39,059 nucleotides of DNA, taken from assembly GCF_001194135.2 (NCBI RefSeq), contig NC_068990.1, positions 86,076,908 through 86,115,966 of the forward strand, written 5' to 3'. Within the stretch, counting starts at the first letter, position 1; the number at the start of each line of letters is the position of its first letter. A program made the translations under genes and the position numbers. The stretch comes from Octopus bimaculoides (taxonomy: Eukaryota). A model generated the notes under the pieces. It saw only the letters and a list, made by a program, of their open reading frames with translations, searched no databases and was not told where the DNA came from. Below are positions 11,570 to 24,197 of the stretch, piece after piece.

Positions 11570-11880
11570 TGCTTAGTGGTTAAAGAAGTTTGCTTCACAA
11601 TCATGAGACCCTGGTTTAAGTCTCAATGCAAGGCACTAAGGCTATGGTACGCACACCATAGCTTTGACTTCACTCAAGCCTTATTAGTGCATTTGGGTCA
11701 ATGGAAACTGCGTAGAAGCCTGTCTTATGGACTGTACTTGTAATTCAAAAGTCCAGCCTTGTCACACACTGTGTCAGGCTGATTTACTTAAGAATTACAT
11801 TAAGAGCACACATGTTTGTGGAATACTCAACCACCTGGCGTGTTAATTCAGTGAGTAGGTTGTTCTATTGACCGAAGAGT
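11570..11880 (+). mobile_element. Diverged tRNA-headed SINE
   Basis: gcttagtggttaa head; ctcaagccttattagtgcatttgg body similar to the reverse copies at 27969-28110 and 28450-28498. Confidence 0.55.
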
Positions 11881-12125
11881 TAAACACTCATATGCTGAAA
11901 TCAACATAAGATATATTCCATTATTTTTTTTCAGCCATGTGGCTGTGATCATGCTGGAGCATATATATTTTATTAATAATTGGCAGAAGTTACAGAGTGT
12001 CTCAAGGGCCAAGAGTTCTGTGCATTGACTGGCATTTATCAAAACTTGATAGAGTTTGATAAGAGTGTCAAAACATGAAAAGCTCTTGAATCACTCTATA
12101 ACTTCAGGCAATTTGTAATAAAAGG

Positions 12126-12161
<36 letters not shown>

Positions 12162-12636
12162 ATACACACCTGCGTTTATGTTTTTAGTTCTATTTTCCTC
12201 TTTGTATCACCACACGCACACATACACAATTTGATTTTCTTTTTGCCTGAACCATTTTATGTATTTCTCAGAATGATAAATAATTGTTAATTGCTGACAA
12301 TCTACTTTAACGCCTACTGCCTACCCTGAGTATTTACCGACACCACATGACTGATGTAAGCACAACATACACACACACACTGCACAAGGCTTTGAACCAC
12401 ACAAACACGACATACTCACCTCGTTAGTGTCACCACTCATCTACATATACCATTATATATAAGCACAAACCCACAGGAGACTTCACATGCTCACTACTGC
12501 CTTGAGGACACTGTTATCGCTGTAACTATTGTTCTTTTCACCGGTTCATATTGTATATGAAGAACACAAGAACAACAGTGACAGCGGAGTCAGAATGTGC
12601 AACCAATGGCACAACTGCACATTCTGCAATCATTCC

Positions 12637-12684
<48 letters not shown>

Positions 12685-12768
12685 CATCATCATTATTATT
12701 TTCATTTCAAAATAAAGGTAAAAAAAATATGAAGAGAAATGTACAATAAGGGAAAGATACATTAGTAC

Positions 12769-13452
12769 NNNNNNNNNNNNNNNNNNNNNNNNNNNNNNNN
12801 NNNNNNNNNNNNNNNNNNNNNNNNNNNNNNNNNNNNNNNNNNNNNNNNNNNNNNNNNNNNNNNNNNNNNNNNNNNNNNNNNNNNNNNNNNNNNNNNNNNN
12901 NNNNNNNNNNNNNNNNNNNNNNNNNNNNNNNNNNNNNNNNNNNNNNNNNNNNNNNNNNNNNNNNNNNNNNNNNNNNNNNNNNNNNNNNNNNNNNNNNNNN
13001 NNNNNNNNNNNNNNNNNNNNNNNNNNNNNNNNNNNNNNNNNNNNNNNNNNNNNNNNNNNNNNNNNNNNNNNNNNNNNNNNNNNNNNNNNNNNNNNNNNNN
13101 NNNNNNNNNNNNNNNNNNNNNNNNNNNNNNNNNNNNNNNNNNNNNNNNNNNNNNNNNNNNNNNNNNNNNNNNNNNNNNNNNNNNNNNNNNNNNNNNNNNN
13201 NNNNNNNNNNNNNNNNNNNNNNNNNNNNNNNNNNNNNNNNNNNNNNNNNNNNNNNNNNNNNNNNNNNNNNNNNNNNNNNNNNNNNNNNNNNNNNNNNNNN
13301 NNNNNNNNNNNNNNNNNNNNNNNNNNNNNNNNNNNNNNNNNNNNNNNNNNNNNNNNNNNNNNNNNNNNNNNNNNNNNNNNNNNNNNNNNNNNNNNNNNNN
13401 NNNNNNNNNNNNNNNNNNNNNNNNNNNNNNNNNNNNNNNNNNNNNNNNNNNN
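12769..13452. other. Assembly gap (others at 2749-2893, 6436-6535, 22216-22240, 27809-27968, 29941-30312, 37659-37959)
   Basis: Runs of N, mostly abutting SSRs or repeat copies. Exon phases join across the intragenic gaps, so no coding exon is needed inside them. Confidence 0.98.
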
Positions 13453-13897
13453 ATACATGTGTACATACATATATATACACACACATATATACATACACAC
13501 TTGTATGCAAATACACACAAGTATGTGTGTGTGTATATATATATGTACATACATACATGCATATATATATATACATACATATATATACATACACACATAT
13601 ATATATATATATACATATATATATGTAGTGGGGACCATTAAAAGAATACAAGAATGAATTCATAGACTTATGAGTGTGAAGGAGAGAAGAAGAGGTTTTT
13701 TTTTTAATATTTTACAAGGGTGCCATATGAGTATTTAGTGGAGTGATGTGAGGAAGTGGGGGGATGAAATGTTAAGAGGAATTTATGTACAAGTGGACGA
13801 AGAGAAAGAGAAACAAGCAGGAGTATAAAGGGAGTATCAATGTGTACAGCTATGGCTTCAAATATGCAACACTGTCTCTGAACTTTTTTTTTTTTAA

Positions 13898-14103
13898 CTC
13901 TTTAGCATTTATACTGACCATATTCGGCCCAAATATTCCACCCGTTTAATCTTCAAACTGACCAGATCCAACCTCTCATGCCTACCCTACAATATCATTC
14001 TAAAAATAAACAATCACATCATCGAAATCTATAACGCAAGATTCATTTAAAACTGTGAATAAATAAGTATCATATCTGACACAGTAATCTGAATGCTAAA
14101 GGG
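13898..14103. mobile_element. piggyBac-like MITE
   Basis: TTAA on both sides (13894-13897, 14104-14107); TIRs ctctttagcattta / tgaatgctaaaggg. Confidence 0.75.
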
Positions 14104-15443
14104 TTAATTTTGTTTGTGTGAATGATTGCATCTCTCTGGATATTTCTGTGATATCATCATCAAAATTTCCATCTCTGCTTTTCCACACTACCATGAGTTG
14201 GACTTTTGGAGGTAATGCTTTATAACCAGATGCCCTTCCTAACACCAACCCCTTTTAGTACATGTAAAGGATAAGGTATGCCTTTCGAAAACTAGGAATA
14301 CACTCAAATAGCAAGACTGCTGCTGATTTAACATGTTGGCTCCTGAGCCCCATTTCTTGTTTTGTCCCAGGGTACCAGCACAATATCTTGATTAATTTTG
14401 ATTTGGGTACCATATCATATGTGATGCAAAGATTATGGAAGTGACGTTTGGGTCTTGCAAACATTCCATCACAACCTTCTGCTGGGCTGTGTGGGAGACA
14501 ACGTGTTAAATAACAAACAGCTCTTCTATATTGAACCCTTCACACGATATGACTATGAACGATGATGGGGATCAAGACAGTGCTTACCCCTCATCTGGCA
14601 ACATAGAGCCTAAATTTATGTTCTTAGAGATAGATAGATATGGCTGTCTCTTGGCAGTATTCCACTACATCGTTCAGGTGTGTGAACGGATAACAACAAA
14701 GAGCCCATGGAATGGCGATTGTACTGCTGCAGGAATGGACAACATTTTGATGCCGTCATCCTGCCAGATGGGCACTCATTTCGAAAAGTGGACATTTATA
14801 CTCAACCAGGTTAGCTGGGTCGAAAGGAAAAGGAGAAGGCCAGCCATGCAGCAGGTCCATGTTGGCAAATTCTACACATTGTAGTAATGGATTTAGTTTG
14901 GCTTCCTGTTTCGGCCACACCACCATCTTATTCTGCATTTACACACCTGTATCTAAGCAGGTGTTTTATTACAAAATCTGTGTATACAACAAGGTATATA
15001 TGAGAAGAGGATTTAGAGGTGGCACACACAGAATTATGAGCCAAGGAGAAAACCTCAATGTGGTTGCTCATCTCACAAGAAACGAGGAATCAAATCACAC
15101 TCAGCGGTCTTAAAGAAAGACAAATTGGACAATGCAGTCCCTGATACACACACACACACAAAAGACAGGATGTCCATGGCTGGAATGCCTTTGATCATAG
15201 CTCTGCTAAAAGCACACACATAAATGTACATGTACATATCTGCACATAGGTTTTTGTACATGTGCAGGTATGCGATAATCCTTAATACCTGCCAATGAAT
15301 GATACTAGCAGCAGGTTTTTGAGTCTCGTCTGCCTGTTTCTCATTCTGCTTGTTTGTCTTCTGAAAAGTGAGCTGAGAGGGTGTCGGTGAGGGAAAGGGG
15401 TCACTTCTGGGGGCTACAGCAAAGTGTGTATGTTGTTGCACAC

Positions 15444-15477
<34 letters not shown>

Positions 15478-16287
15478 GTACACATGTGCTTGTGATTATA
15501 ATATCCATATATATATATGTATGTAAGTAACTGAATGAACTTCATTAGTCTAAAACTCCAGATAAGTCTGTAACTTGTTATTCTCATAATCATTGCTAAT
15601 TAAAAACCTTTCTTCTAATGCAGTTGTAGCAATGAGCTGTCAGGGCTTGGTTCCTGTCATTCAGCTGTTCTTTGGTTCAATCTCAAGTGACTTTACTAAT
15701 GGGAGGAAAATTTCATTAGAAGACAGCAATCTTTTTTTGTTTTTTTTGTTTTACATACATATATATACATATAGATATATACATATACATACATATAAAT
15801 CATATTTGTTCTGAGAAAAAGAGTTATTGGGGTAGGGAAGCAACTTTTATCAATAACTTTTCCCCCTTTTTCTCTCTCTATTTTTTGATTCTTGTATCCT
15901 TTTTAATGAAAAAATCTCAACAGATTCCCCAGCACACTGTAAAGTCTTTGATGCCTTTCCCTCACGGTTTTGGTTAGTAGTGCGAACATTTTGGTAGCAA
16001 GGAAAACAATTCCTGAGCAGTTCCCTGAATGAATGATAGATCTAAGGAAGGAAAAAAAAAAAAAAAGGGTGGGGGAGGGGTTGTTGGTTTCAGTAGGTGG
16101 GGAAAAAAAAAAAATCTCTTTTTTGGTAACTATTATACAATGTCTACATTGGAAGACATCTCCCCCTCCTTTGAATATTATACAGTAATTGCGGTGGGGG
16201 GAGGGGAACGGGCTGATTTGAGATCGGAGGAACTAAAATGGGTTTTGGTTAACAGTTGTAATATACACATCTTAACTACCAACCAAA

Positions 16288-16319
<32 letters not shown>

Positions 16320-16357
16320 TATATATATATATATATTTCATTAATAAAAAAAAACAA

Positions 16358-16442
16358 CTAAAAATAGTCTTCATATATTTTTGGGTCTATAAAGGTCGGT
16401 CGAGGAATTCTGAAGTCTCCTCCTTCATGTAGTCTTTGTAAA
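16358..16442 (-). CDS. SUSD2/Mesh-like terminal exon (LQRLHEGGDFRIPRPTFIDPKIYEDYF*)
   Basis: ctcttttgcag|T acceptor. TAG at 16360-16358; in frame with the previous exon. Confidence 0.8.
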
Positions 16443-17409
16443 CTGCAAAAGAGAGAACAGAATGTGTTGTTAAGATGATGATTTGAAATGGCAAAGAGTT
16501 TTAATAAATAAACGATCAAAATTGATGGATTAGAGTGAAAGAAGTGAGAAAACTAATTAAGTCTTTCCTGACCATAACTCTAATGAAATATTTTGTCTGT
16601 CATAATTCTAATTTTGAAAAAATAATCAAAAATTCAAAAGGGTTTAGTCAATTAATTTTATCATAATTAAGTTGATGCCTGGAACATAACAAAAGATCTG
16701 ACATAAAATTATAAAGGGGAAATGGAATTTAAAAGAAAGAAGCATTTAAAAATTGGTCAGTTTTGTATCCCTAAACAGAGATGGTCTCTGGTGAGTTGGT
16801 GTCAAAAGGGTGTTAGTTAATATATTGGGACTGCGTCTAGATCATGGATTAGGGGTCAATGCAGGAGTTAGGGCATAGTAATAGAGAACTTTTGGAGAAA
16901 TTACCCTCAACAGGTCAAGGGGTCAATTAATATTTGGGTTCTGTTGTGAGTCAGGAGTTCACATGGATGTTGGGGATAGGGATCAGAAATCCTAGGAAAT
17001 ATGCTTGAAAGAGATGTGCAAGTTTTCTAGGAAAGAGAAACAGGTCTCATCTGTTTGATACCTTAGGGACCAGAGTTGAAAATAGGCCCTCAGGAACTGT
17101 ACCATGTCAACGTCTATATACTCATTAGTTTATGACAGGATGCAGAATGTCAAAGGTGAGAAGATAATAAATGCACTTTACTGACCACACACCGCTGCCT
17201 CTTGGTCTTTGAATGCTTTTAGTAGAATGTTTTAGAATTGGCAGTCATTACAGAAAAGGAAAGAATACCACATGGTAATTATTCTAAACTTTGCCCGTAA
17301 GCTCTCAGAGTTGATAAAAAAAATTACTACAACAGCATAGTAGCTAAAATATTCCTATATGAGGAACTGAATCAACATTAAATGATACGAAACCACCTGT
17401 CTGTTGTTA

Positions 17410-17625
17410 TGAGGAGGTGCTGAAAAGTTCCTGGCTTTAAGGGTATCACAAAAGGCCTGGTTGGAAGCCCAACTTTCTGAGTTCTTTTCCAGGGCTTATA
17501 AAAACTGAAGGACTGCTGCAAAAGTGTGCGGATCTGAGAAAGGAATATATTAAATAAAATCCTAATTAACTGATCCTCCTGTATTTTCTTTTACTCAAAG
17601 CCAGGAATTTTTTCGGAACACCTTT
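17410..17625 (+). mobile_element. mariner-derived MITE
   Basis: TA flanks; TIRs ggtgctgaaaagttcctggcttt / aaagccaggaatttttcggaacacc. Internal remnant QKCADLRKEYIK* resembles the mariner transposase C-terminus. Confidence 0.75.
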
Positions 17626-18013
17626 GTATAGTGCTCTTACTGCTACTTAGGGATGTGAAGATGTTTTCTACTCTGTGTTACCTATTGACAGTCAGATAGA
17701 CTGGATCATTTCACATATAACTGTCTTGGACATAACAATGTGCTAAAGACAAGGTATGAAATGCCAAGCATTTAGTTTGTCATCCAGTATCCTATCCACT
17801 TTGCCAACACACACAATAAAAGGTGGAACCCCTTAGTACCTAGGTGAACTTAGGCAATACAAAAATAAAAAATAAAAAAAACACGTCCTACACCTTGGTA
17901 CATAGCACAGGCGGTAGATCTGATTGAACCCACAACTGTGGATCTGTAGTCCAATGCTGTATTCATCTAAGCAAAAAATAACGAAAGAAGATGGCGAGTG
18001 TCTGTTTACTTAC

Positions 18014-18097
18014 CTTTGTAAGAAAAGAGAGTTTGTGAAAATTGGTTGTGGTGGTTTATGGAAGCGTACAATGGGAGGTAGAGGTACGTCGTCTTTC
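18014..18097 (-). CDS. SUSD2/Mesh-like exon, cytoplasmic tail (KDDVPLPPIVRFHKPPQPIFTNSLFLQ-S)
   Basis: ttcccccacag|G and AG|gtaagt. 84 nt, phase 2/2, joins both neighbours in frame. Confidence 0.8.
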
Positions 18098-18354
18098 CTG
18101 TGGGGGAAGAGAAATACAACAGTAAAATAGCAGCAGTACAGATGCGGTGGAGGTAGTGGTGGTTGTTATGTCTGTTGGGGTGTGTGGTATTATTGTTGTT
18201 TAACTCAACACCGACTCTGGGCAGGTAGAACTCGGCACAGATTCATGGCACACGGGTAATCAACTGATCATAGGTGGAGAGTTTGGAGTAAAGGTACCAA
18301 ACAAGTGTGTGTGTGTGAGAGGGAGAGAGAAGAAGGGAGAGAGAGAGAGAGAGC

Positions 18355-18500
18355 ACCATCATTATTTAACATATGTTTTCCATGCTGGCATGGGTTGGAT
18401 GGGTTGACAGGATCCAACAAGCTGCAGAGCTGCGTCAGGCCCTAATGTCATCTTTGTCAGTTTCCATAGCTGGACGCCCTTCCTAATGTTGATCACTTTA
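18355..18500 (-). mobile_element. (GAT)n-tailed element, diverged reverse copy
   Basis: ttccatgctggcatgggttggatggg...cccttcctaatg family body. Confidence 0.7.
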
Positions 18501-18751
18501 TAAAGTTCACTGGATGCATTTTTGTTCATGACAATAGCCACTAACACAGTCACCAAGTGTTTTGCAAGATAAATGAAAGGAAATGGCAAACGTTGCTTCA
18601 ATTTAGAGGGACTGCATTTGAGAATGGGAGGTGGCTTTATGCCAGATGTTGAATGTTAAAGTGTGACAGCGGGGGACAAGCACAGGCTTTTTGCCATAGA
18701 GAAGATACATGGCTACCTCCGCATTATATGAGGATGGGTAAGAGTAGCTGA

Positions 18752-18987
18752 AAGGCGACAAGTTGGCAGAATCGTTAGCACGCCGGGCGAAATGCTTAGC
18801 GTTATTTCGTCTGCCGTTACGTTCTGAGTTCAAATTCCGCTGAGGTCGACTTTGCCTTTCATCCTTTCAGGGTCATTAAATTAAGTACCAGTTATGCACT
18901 GGGGTTGATGTAGTCGACTTAACCCCTTTGTCTGTCCTTGTTTGTCCCCTCTGTGTGTAGCCCCTTGTGGGCAATAGAGAAATAAGA
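18752..18987 (+). mobile_element. tRNA-derived SINE family A, full length
   Basis: Box A TGGCAGAATCG 18764-18774; box B GAGTTCAAATTCC 18826-18838; central gcctttcatcctttc..ggtc..taaattaagtaccag domain shared by 4 copies. Confidence 0.85.
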
Positions 18988-19433
18988 GTAGCTGGAAGAG
19001 AGAGAGAGATAAAGATGGTATTTGGTAGCTGTAAATTCACCATAAGTCAACCAATTGAGGAATAAGTGCACACGTACCCACAGGTTCCCTACAAGTTGAA
19101 TTTACAAGTGCAGCACAGCTTTGCAACATTGTGGGACCCAGGTTCTAGGTATGCAGAGCATCTTCAGGGGCAGATATGATATGATCTTGCAGCTGCTGAT
19201 GGAGTTAATGAATATCAAACATTACAGTGATGGCGAGGATGATAGTTTTGGCAATGCAGCTACTACTGATGACAATTTTGTCATCCTCTTTTCCTTAATG
19301 GCATGGGCTGCATGGTGTTTGACAAGAACAGACAAGCCAAAGGGTTCTGTCAGGTATTATGTCTACTTTGGCATGGTTTCTACAAGTGGATGCCCTTCCT
19401 AACGATGCAGATGTAAAATCAGAATGAACTTAC

Positions 19434-19563
19434 CTGAACGTTTGACGTACTGATGGTCTTCGACATTTAAAAAATATAATTAGGAATATCAGGATGAGAG
19501 CTAGCAAGGCACCGGTACCACCTGCCCAGTAGTACCAGACCTCTGGTTGTCCTGTGTCTGCAA
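19434..19563 (-). CDS. SUSD2/Mesh-like exon, transmembrane helix (WAGGTGALLALILIFLIIFF-KCRR)
   Basis: Acceptor at 19563 (alternative in-frame AG gives start 19557) and AG|gtaagt donor. Hydrophobic run followed by a basic stop-transfer sequence. Confidence 0.88.
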
Positions 19564-20223
19564 CTGGAACCAAATGGAAAACAAGATATATAAATCACTG
19601 AGAAAGTTATGTTTATAAGTTGAAAAAATTTGCAAATTTCCACAAAATATCCTTATAGCTATGATCATTATCAGAGCTAACTTGTATCAGAATGAGATAT
19701 CTTGTAGGTGATGAGAACATCTGTGCATGGGGTCCACAGATAAAAAAATGGTTAAGAGCCTTTGGTTTATATGATGTAAGTCTTGGAATTGCTTACATGA
19801 CTGACTACGAGTAGTTGATAAGGTAAAAACAGTAGCTAAATCTCATATCATATCTATGCTATACCGATAGGTGAAAAATTGAGGAAAGGAATTTGAATTC
19901 AATGCAGCAAACTAGTGGAACATCTGTTCATACAGTGTGCTCCCTCTTGCTATAGACATCATCTTTATTCTTTGATTCCTTTAATTGCATCAGTCATTGG
20001 ACTGTGGCGATGCATGAGCATTGACCAAACCAACCCCGGTACTTATTTCAAATCTGGTATTTATTGTGTTCGTCTCTTTTGTCAAATTGCTGTTACAGGG
20101 ACATACACAAACCAACACTGGTTGTCACATGGTGGAGAGACAAACGCAAAGTCATTATTTACAGAAACTAGAGACTACTTAGGTTAGTTGAAAAGAAGCA
20201 GTGAAAATGAAACTGTTAAGAGT

Positions 20224-20226
<3 letters not shown>

Positions 20227-20306
<80 letters not shown>
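20227..20306. repeat. (GA)n microsatellite, about 80 bp; other long SSRs include (AAT)n 5243-5283, (ATT)n 12638-12690, (CAT)n 4160-4290 and many (TA)n/(CA)n
   Basis: Read directly from the sequence. Confidence 0.95.
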
Positions 20307-20311
<5 letters not shown>

Positions 20312-20352
20312 GGAGAGATATATAGAGATGATTTTTGAGCAAAACCACTGAC

Positions 20353-20532
20353 CACTTTTGAGACATTTTGCCACTGTGCCATTCCAAGTGCCATTTGATG
20401 AACAGAGCAGCTGGTGGGCATGGAAATGTGTGAAGCCTGGGTCACACTGGAACAAGGCATAATCGCCTGGTAAATGACCACTGATGGTCATATTACCATT
20501 CTCCAAGAACTCAATTGAAGGACATCGAATTT
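20353..20532 (-). CDS. SUSD2/Mesh-like exon, Sushi/CCP domain (IRCPSIEFLENG...FQCDPGF...LCSSNGTWNGTVAKC)
   Basis: tgtttcag|AA and G|gtcagt. Four Cys plus the conserved Trp of Sushi domains. Confidence 0.93.
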
Positions 20533-21028
20533 CTGAAACAATAAAATTGAAAGGATATATTTAATACATAGCTGGGTTTTTTAAAAATTTGATTTGTGAC
20601 TTTTGTTTTAATTTATATATTCTTTTATTCTTTTACTTGCTTCAATCATTGGACTGCAGCCATGTTGGGGGTTTAGTTGATCAAATCAATACCAATATTT
20701 ATTTTAAGCCTGGTTCTTAAGCCAGTATTTCAACATTTACCAACAGCATAACTCACACACGAAGGGAGAGAATCCCTACATAATCATTTGACTAATTAGA
20801 AACAGCAACACAATTCTATCAAATCACATGCCACCGTCTTAAAACAAGAAGGACACATTGGACAATGTAGACCCTGATAAACAGACAGATAGGGTGGTCA
20901 AAGCTGGAGTGTGTTTGATTATTGGCCTGTTCAATCAGGACTGATCCAGGATCAAACAGGCAACACATCATTGAAATATCATTTGAAATACAAAGTCTAC
21001 TAATGAATTGTCAGGCACGGAAACTTAC

Positions 21029-21277
21029 CAATTTCTATGTCTTTTTTGAGGGCTGAAAATTTAGCCACAAAGTTCTTTATAGCCAAGGCAACTGATGGCT
21101 TCCCAATAACCTGAAAGTCAAATCGACAAGGTGCTACATCCCCACAGAGCTTAATGGTGCCATTTCGAAGGTTGTTTTCATCCAGTTTGTCGATGAAAAC
21201 TGGTTGGTAATTGTCTTCTTCTGGCGTTGCTGGTTTGTAGGACTTGGAAAACAAACTGTCTTTCGCTGCAACCCTCC
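21029..21277 (-). CDS. SUSD2/Mesh-like exon, post-vWD Cys region (SLFS...YQPVF...LCGDVAPCRFDFQVIG...)
   Basis: catcaacag|GG and G|gtaagt. CGD...C.FD...G pattern of SUSD2/MUC4. Confidence 0.9.
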
Positions 21278-21710
21278 CTGTTGATGAAAATCAAAGTAGT
21301 CCATTGTTTATCATTGGTGAAACACATTTGTAAAATTAAGATATTTTGTATGACATGAAGAGAGGTGAAGAAAATCCTAATATTGCATGCAGAGATAGGT
21401 TAGGACTAGAAATGAGAAATGGTTTTGGAAGGATGTAAAGAATAAAATTGAGTGACATGTGTGGAGTGTTGTAAAAGAAGTTGGAAAACTGTTCTTTGTC
21501 AGACATCAGAATTTACTTAATCTCTCCTCACAGCATGTAAACTTATCTTATTTCATAAATCTTATCAACGGTTTTGCTTGTTAGTGGCACAAAATTTCCC
21601 ACTTATCTAATTCACTAATCTGGTCCATGAAATTTTCCAAGGGTGTTGGGGAAGATAACAACAACAACAACAACAACAATATATAAAGTTAAGTAACAGT
21701 GTGAACTTAC

Positions 21711-21836
21711 ATGTATTACCAAATTTATAATGGATGTCCTCCATACTGGAACTGGTTGGTATTATGGTTCCATCTCGTGCTCTGAAGTCATCTGATATGT
21801 TGCCATTATAGTTACCTAGCAACCCTTCTACATTGT
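21711..21836 (-). CDS. SUSD2/Mesh-like exon, vWD end (NVEGLLGNYNGNISDDFRARDG...HYKFGNT-W)
   Basis: ttctcaccag|AC and T|gtaagt. GLLGNYNG..xDDF motif. Confidence 0.93.
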
Positions 21837-22127
21837 CTGGTGAGAAAGCAAAATACAAATAAATTTACTCTGTGTGTGTGTGTGTGTGTGTGTGTATACA
21901 TATGTGTCAACATGAAACAGAAAACACAGAAAGAGACATAAGAATTCTGGAGCAAAACACTTCATCTCATGCTGCTTTATGATCACTTTGGCATCTAATG
22001 TGTGGCACACTTTGTACCTGGACAGGGAATGTCAATTTGGTCACTGTAAGCAAATCATCTGTGCAGGTTGTTGAGCGAGAAATTGCAGAATGCTAACCTG
22101 TTGTCTATTGTCTATGGCAAGAATGTC

Positions 22128-22198
<71 letters not shown>

Positions 22199-22314
22199 CA
22201 TATATATACATATATNNNNNNNNNNNNNNNNNNNNNNNNNTATATATATATTTAAAATACAGAGATGCCTATAATAGGACATCTAACCCTGCCCTATGAT
22301 TTATTAATAATGTG

Positions 22315-22350
<36 letters not shown>

Positions 22351-22369
22351 GTCAGGTGCCCCTGCAGGA

Positions 22370-22665
22370 GTCCTGTGCAGGTGCCATGTAAAAAGCACCC
22401 ATGCCAATGCTACATGAAAGTGCCTGTGTGATGTCAGGTAAAAATACCATGCAGTGCTAGCCATGTGAAAATTCTCATGTGGTGCCACATAAAAAGCAAC
22501 CAGCTCACTTTGTAAAGTGGCTGGCATTAGGAAGGGCATCCAGCAGTAGACACCAAATCAAATCGGACTGGAACTTGATTAGGGTATTGGTGCAGCTCTG
22601 CTTGCCAGCTCTGGTCAAACTGTCCAACCCATGCCAGCATGGAAAATGGACATTAAATGAACAAA
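22370..22665 (+). mobile_element. (GAT)n-family element with degenerate upstream subunits
   Basis: ggcattaggaagggcatccagc...aacccatgccagcatgg body, preceded by repeated gccatgtaaaaagcacc-like units. Confidence 0.75.
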
Positions 22666-23208
22666 AATAGTGTTAACATATTTAATGCAGGGATTATTAA
22701 AGACTCAACTAGAGATAATTATGTTGTGTGAAAAGAAACATTAATCACTGACTCCTATCATTTTACATTTCAGATAAGTATGAGAAACAACTCTTTCTAT
22801 ATTTCAGCTTTATTATGACCTCATTAGCAAAGTAGAGACTCCACTGTACTTTATGAGAGAATCACAAGTATAAGAGATAGAGTTGAGTAACATAATGGTA
22901 ACAGTGTTTTTATAGGATACACACACACGTATCGTTGATAACCCCACTGTTAATGGATGAGGAAACCCTGCATTACACTGATAACAACAACACAAATGAA
23001 TTCAGAGAACCTCTACACAGCTACTTGGCTTACAAGAAATAGTAACCATATTGTTCTAAAAATCTCACATACCATCTGAAAGAGAATGACACAAGGGAAT
23101 GTGTAGACGCAGTAACAATGTGCGTGTGTGGGGGTGTGATTGTTAAAATTAGGTATGCTTAATTAGCGCTGACCTAGTTGGCAGTAAATAAGAATGAAAA
23201 ATACTTAC

Positions 23209-23352
23209 TTCTTAAAGCTTTTGATCCCATCAGAACAAGAATATTCATGACGTCAGGAGTGACCTCAATTTCAATAGAGAGTTCGTGAGAAGAGAAGACA
23301 ACCATTATGTCTGTGGAGTTCTCATGGTTCTCATGGATGTTGATTGTCAGTC
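23209..23352 (-). CDS. SUSD2/Mesh-like exon, vWD (GLTINIHE...VVFSSHELSIEIEV...MNILVLMGSKALR)
   Basis: tctgttacag|GA and A|gtaagt. 144 nt, phase 1/1, open. Confidence 0.88.
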
Positions 23353-24083
23353 CTGTAACAGAGAAACAGAAGTTAAGAGTGGAGTTAATATTGTTGGGGA
23401 GTGACTGGTCTATAACTGGTAAAAGTTAGTATAGTGAGATTGGGGTTAATATAAAAAAAAAGAGGGCATCTGTAATACTGAAATGACCTGGTATAATACA
23501 CTAGAGTAAAGCTAGGTATGATAATACAGTAGTTAGTTGAGATTTACAAAAAAAAAAAAAACAAAGACGGGTGTGTAAACAACAAACAGATGTATTAGTT
23601 TAACGCTCGGGAAGTGAGAAAGTCTTTACATTTCAGATAAGTATGAGAAACAACTCTTTCTTTATTTCAGCCTTATGATGTCCTCATTAGCAAAGTAGAG
23701 ACTCCACTGTACTTTATGAGAGAATCACAAGTATAAGAGATAGAGTTGAGTAACATAATGGTGAGAAAGTCTTTTATGTTTTGAACCTATGCTCTTCAAC
23801 AGAAAGGAAGACAGAAATAAGCAGAGAGAGAAAATACAAAAGGTTTAGTGGTTAGTGATCAATCATGGCGAATGCCGGACAGAGGTGGTCAGACAAGAGA
23901 GCTAGGAAGAAGGGGAGATAAATAAAAGTAGTGGTGATCCCAAAACGAAGGTGCACGTGCGTGTGCATATGAGAGCATGTATGTGCATGTGGATAGGGCC
24001 TGGTGACCTTGATGTGTGTGTGTGCATGTGTAGGTTTGTGGATGATGGTGTGGGTGCTGGGAAGTGGTCGGTGCTAGTGTAAA

Positions 24084-24197
24084 CCAATACCTTTGACCAC
24101 CCAGCTGGTAGTCCAATACCTTTAACCACCCAACTGGAAGCCCAATATGTTAACCACTCAGCTGGTCATCTAACAACCCAGCTGGTACTGTTTTTGT
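24084..24197. repeat. 29-bp minisatellite (ccaatacctttaaccacccagctggtagt), about 3.5 units; second array at 24437-24506
   Basis: Unit starts at 24084, 24113, 24142 and at 24442, 24471. Confidence 0.85.

Noticed and set aside
12591-12626. 11-bp perfect inverted repeat cagaatgtgca/tgcacattctg as a miRNA hairpin
   Set aside because: Stem too short and not extendable.
12538-13663. Long ORFs of 280-366 aa (and similar ones at 2607-2957, 27736-28118, 29791-30357, 37552-38032)
   Set aside because: They run through N gaps and (TA)/(CA)/(ATT) microsatellites and are artefacts.
14531-14938. 117-aa plus-strand ORF and overlapping minus-strand ORF
   Set aside because: No recognisable domain or consistent splice partners. 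There is only a faint resemblance (WVERKRRRP) to LINE C-termini, too weak to call.
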